From: Octopus sinensis
Taxonomy: Eukaryota
Direction of reading: 5' to 3'
NCBI RefSeq assembly: GCF_006345805.1
Contig: NW_021823646.1
Coordinates: 1 to 21,942 of the forward strand
Length of the DNA stretch: 21,942 nt
The notes beneath the pieces were generated by a model. It was not told where the DNA came from. It saw only the letters and a program-made list of their open reading frames with translations, and did not search any database. Position 1 is the first letter of the stretch. Every line of letters starts with the position of its first letter. Positions 20,866 through 21,942 of the stretch are shown here, one piece after another. The position numbers were made by a program, and so were the translations under genes.

Positions 20866-21324
20866 AAAGTCGACCTCGGCGGAATTTGAACTCAGAACGT
20901 AACGGCAGACAAAATACCTGTTTCTTTACTACCCACAAGGGGCTAAACACAGAGGGGACAAACAAGGACAGACACACAGATTACATCGACCCCAGTGCGT
21001 GACTGGTACTTAATTTATCGACCCCGAAAGATGAAAGGCAAAGTCGACCTCGGCGGAATTTGAACTCAGAACGTAACGGCAGACGAAATACCTGTTTCTT
21101 TACTACCCACAAGGGGCTAAACACAGAGGTGACAAACAAGGACAGACAAACGGATTAAGTCAATTATATCGACCCCAGTGCGTAACTGGTACTTATTTAA
21201 TCGACCCCGAAAGGATGAAAGGCAAAGTCGACCTCGGCGAAATTTGAACTCAGAACGTAACGGCAGACGAAATACCCGCTAAGCATTTCGTCCGACGTGC
21301 TAACGTTTCTGCCAGCTCGCCGCC
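20866..21324 (-). mobile_element. Head-to-tail SINE array: one full copy (21093-21324), one headless copy (20919-21092) and a truncated piece (20866-20918)
   Basis: Head GGCGGCGAGCTGGCAGAAACG...GAGTTCAAATTT; identical junctions AATACC|TGTTTCTTT at 20918/20919 and 21092/21093. Confidence 0.92.
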
Positions 21325-21677
21325 ATTAATTTTTCTTGCCATCGCCTGTAGTTGACATGTGAGTTGGTTGTTTTGGACAAGATCCTTTGGAGAGTTGCGT
21401 CTTTTTTTTTTCATTCCTGGTTGGAGTCGTTTTACTTCCTTCAATGATTGAGGGGCATGAACGTCACATAATCTCGTTTCTCTTATTTAATAAATCACCC
21501 CAAATCTTGTACAGCGGTAAGAAATGAATATACTGGAGTTGGACATTTGTAAATTTTGATCCAAATTTGACAGTAAATTGAGGAGAATGAAGAATGGTTA
21601 CAATCGGCTTTGCCGGTGCTTGAAATGGTATTAAAAGAAAGGTAATTACACACACACACACACATTTTCTCTTTAGA

Positions 21678-21779
<102 letters not shown>

Positions 21780-21942
21780 GAAAGAGATAGCAATGTGACG
21801 GGTGAGGTGAAGAATTAAGAAGAGTTCGGATTATTTTTATATTCTCGTGTCTTACACAATTGACTGAAAGAAAGAGGAAGAAAGAAAGAAAGGGGGGCGC
21901 AAACCAGGTGACACTTTCGCTAATTTGGTAAATTCTTCTCTT

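Overview
This is eukaryotic, microsatellite-rich DNA that looks cephalopod, most likely Octopus. I infer the taxon from the SINE families and repeat landscape; it is not database-confirmed. Almost all ORFs in the supplied track are microsatellite or transposon artefacts. One host gene is supportable: a minus-strand first coding exon (4601->4208) starting MERLTEFVSKSFD, which matches the N-terminus of vertebrate SHOX/SHOX2 (MEELTAFVSKSFD) at 11/13 residues. It ends at a canonical phase-1 donor. The homeobox exons are not in the window and presumably lie left of position 1. The rest of the window is Shox intron (1-4207) and about 17 kb of upstream DNA. Mobile elements include a hAT MITE with 8-bp TSD, a Penelope-type minimal hammerhead-like motif, a decayed L1/Tx1-clade LINE with two TSD-flanked SINE insertions, several tRNA-derived SINE clusters, an RTE-like 3' end, a Helitron-like non-autonomous element and a mariner 5' fragment. 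Two 39-bp minisatellites carry repeated Sox/E-box and CLEAR/M-box motifs, and several unique motif-rich islands could be enhancers. I found no clearly novel system. The best leads concern Shox regulation (a possible poison or terminal exon, a uAUG-rich upstream exon, motif-array minisatellites) and an apparent GGTA junction rule for one SINE family.
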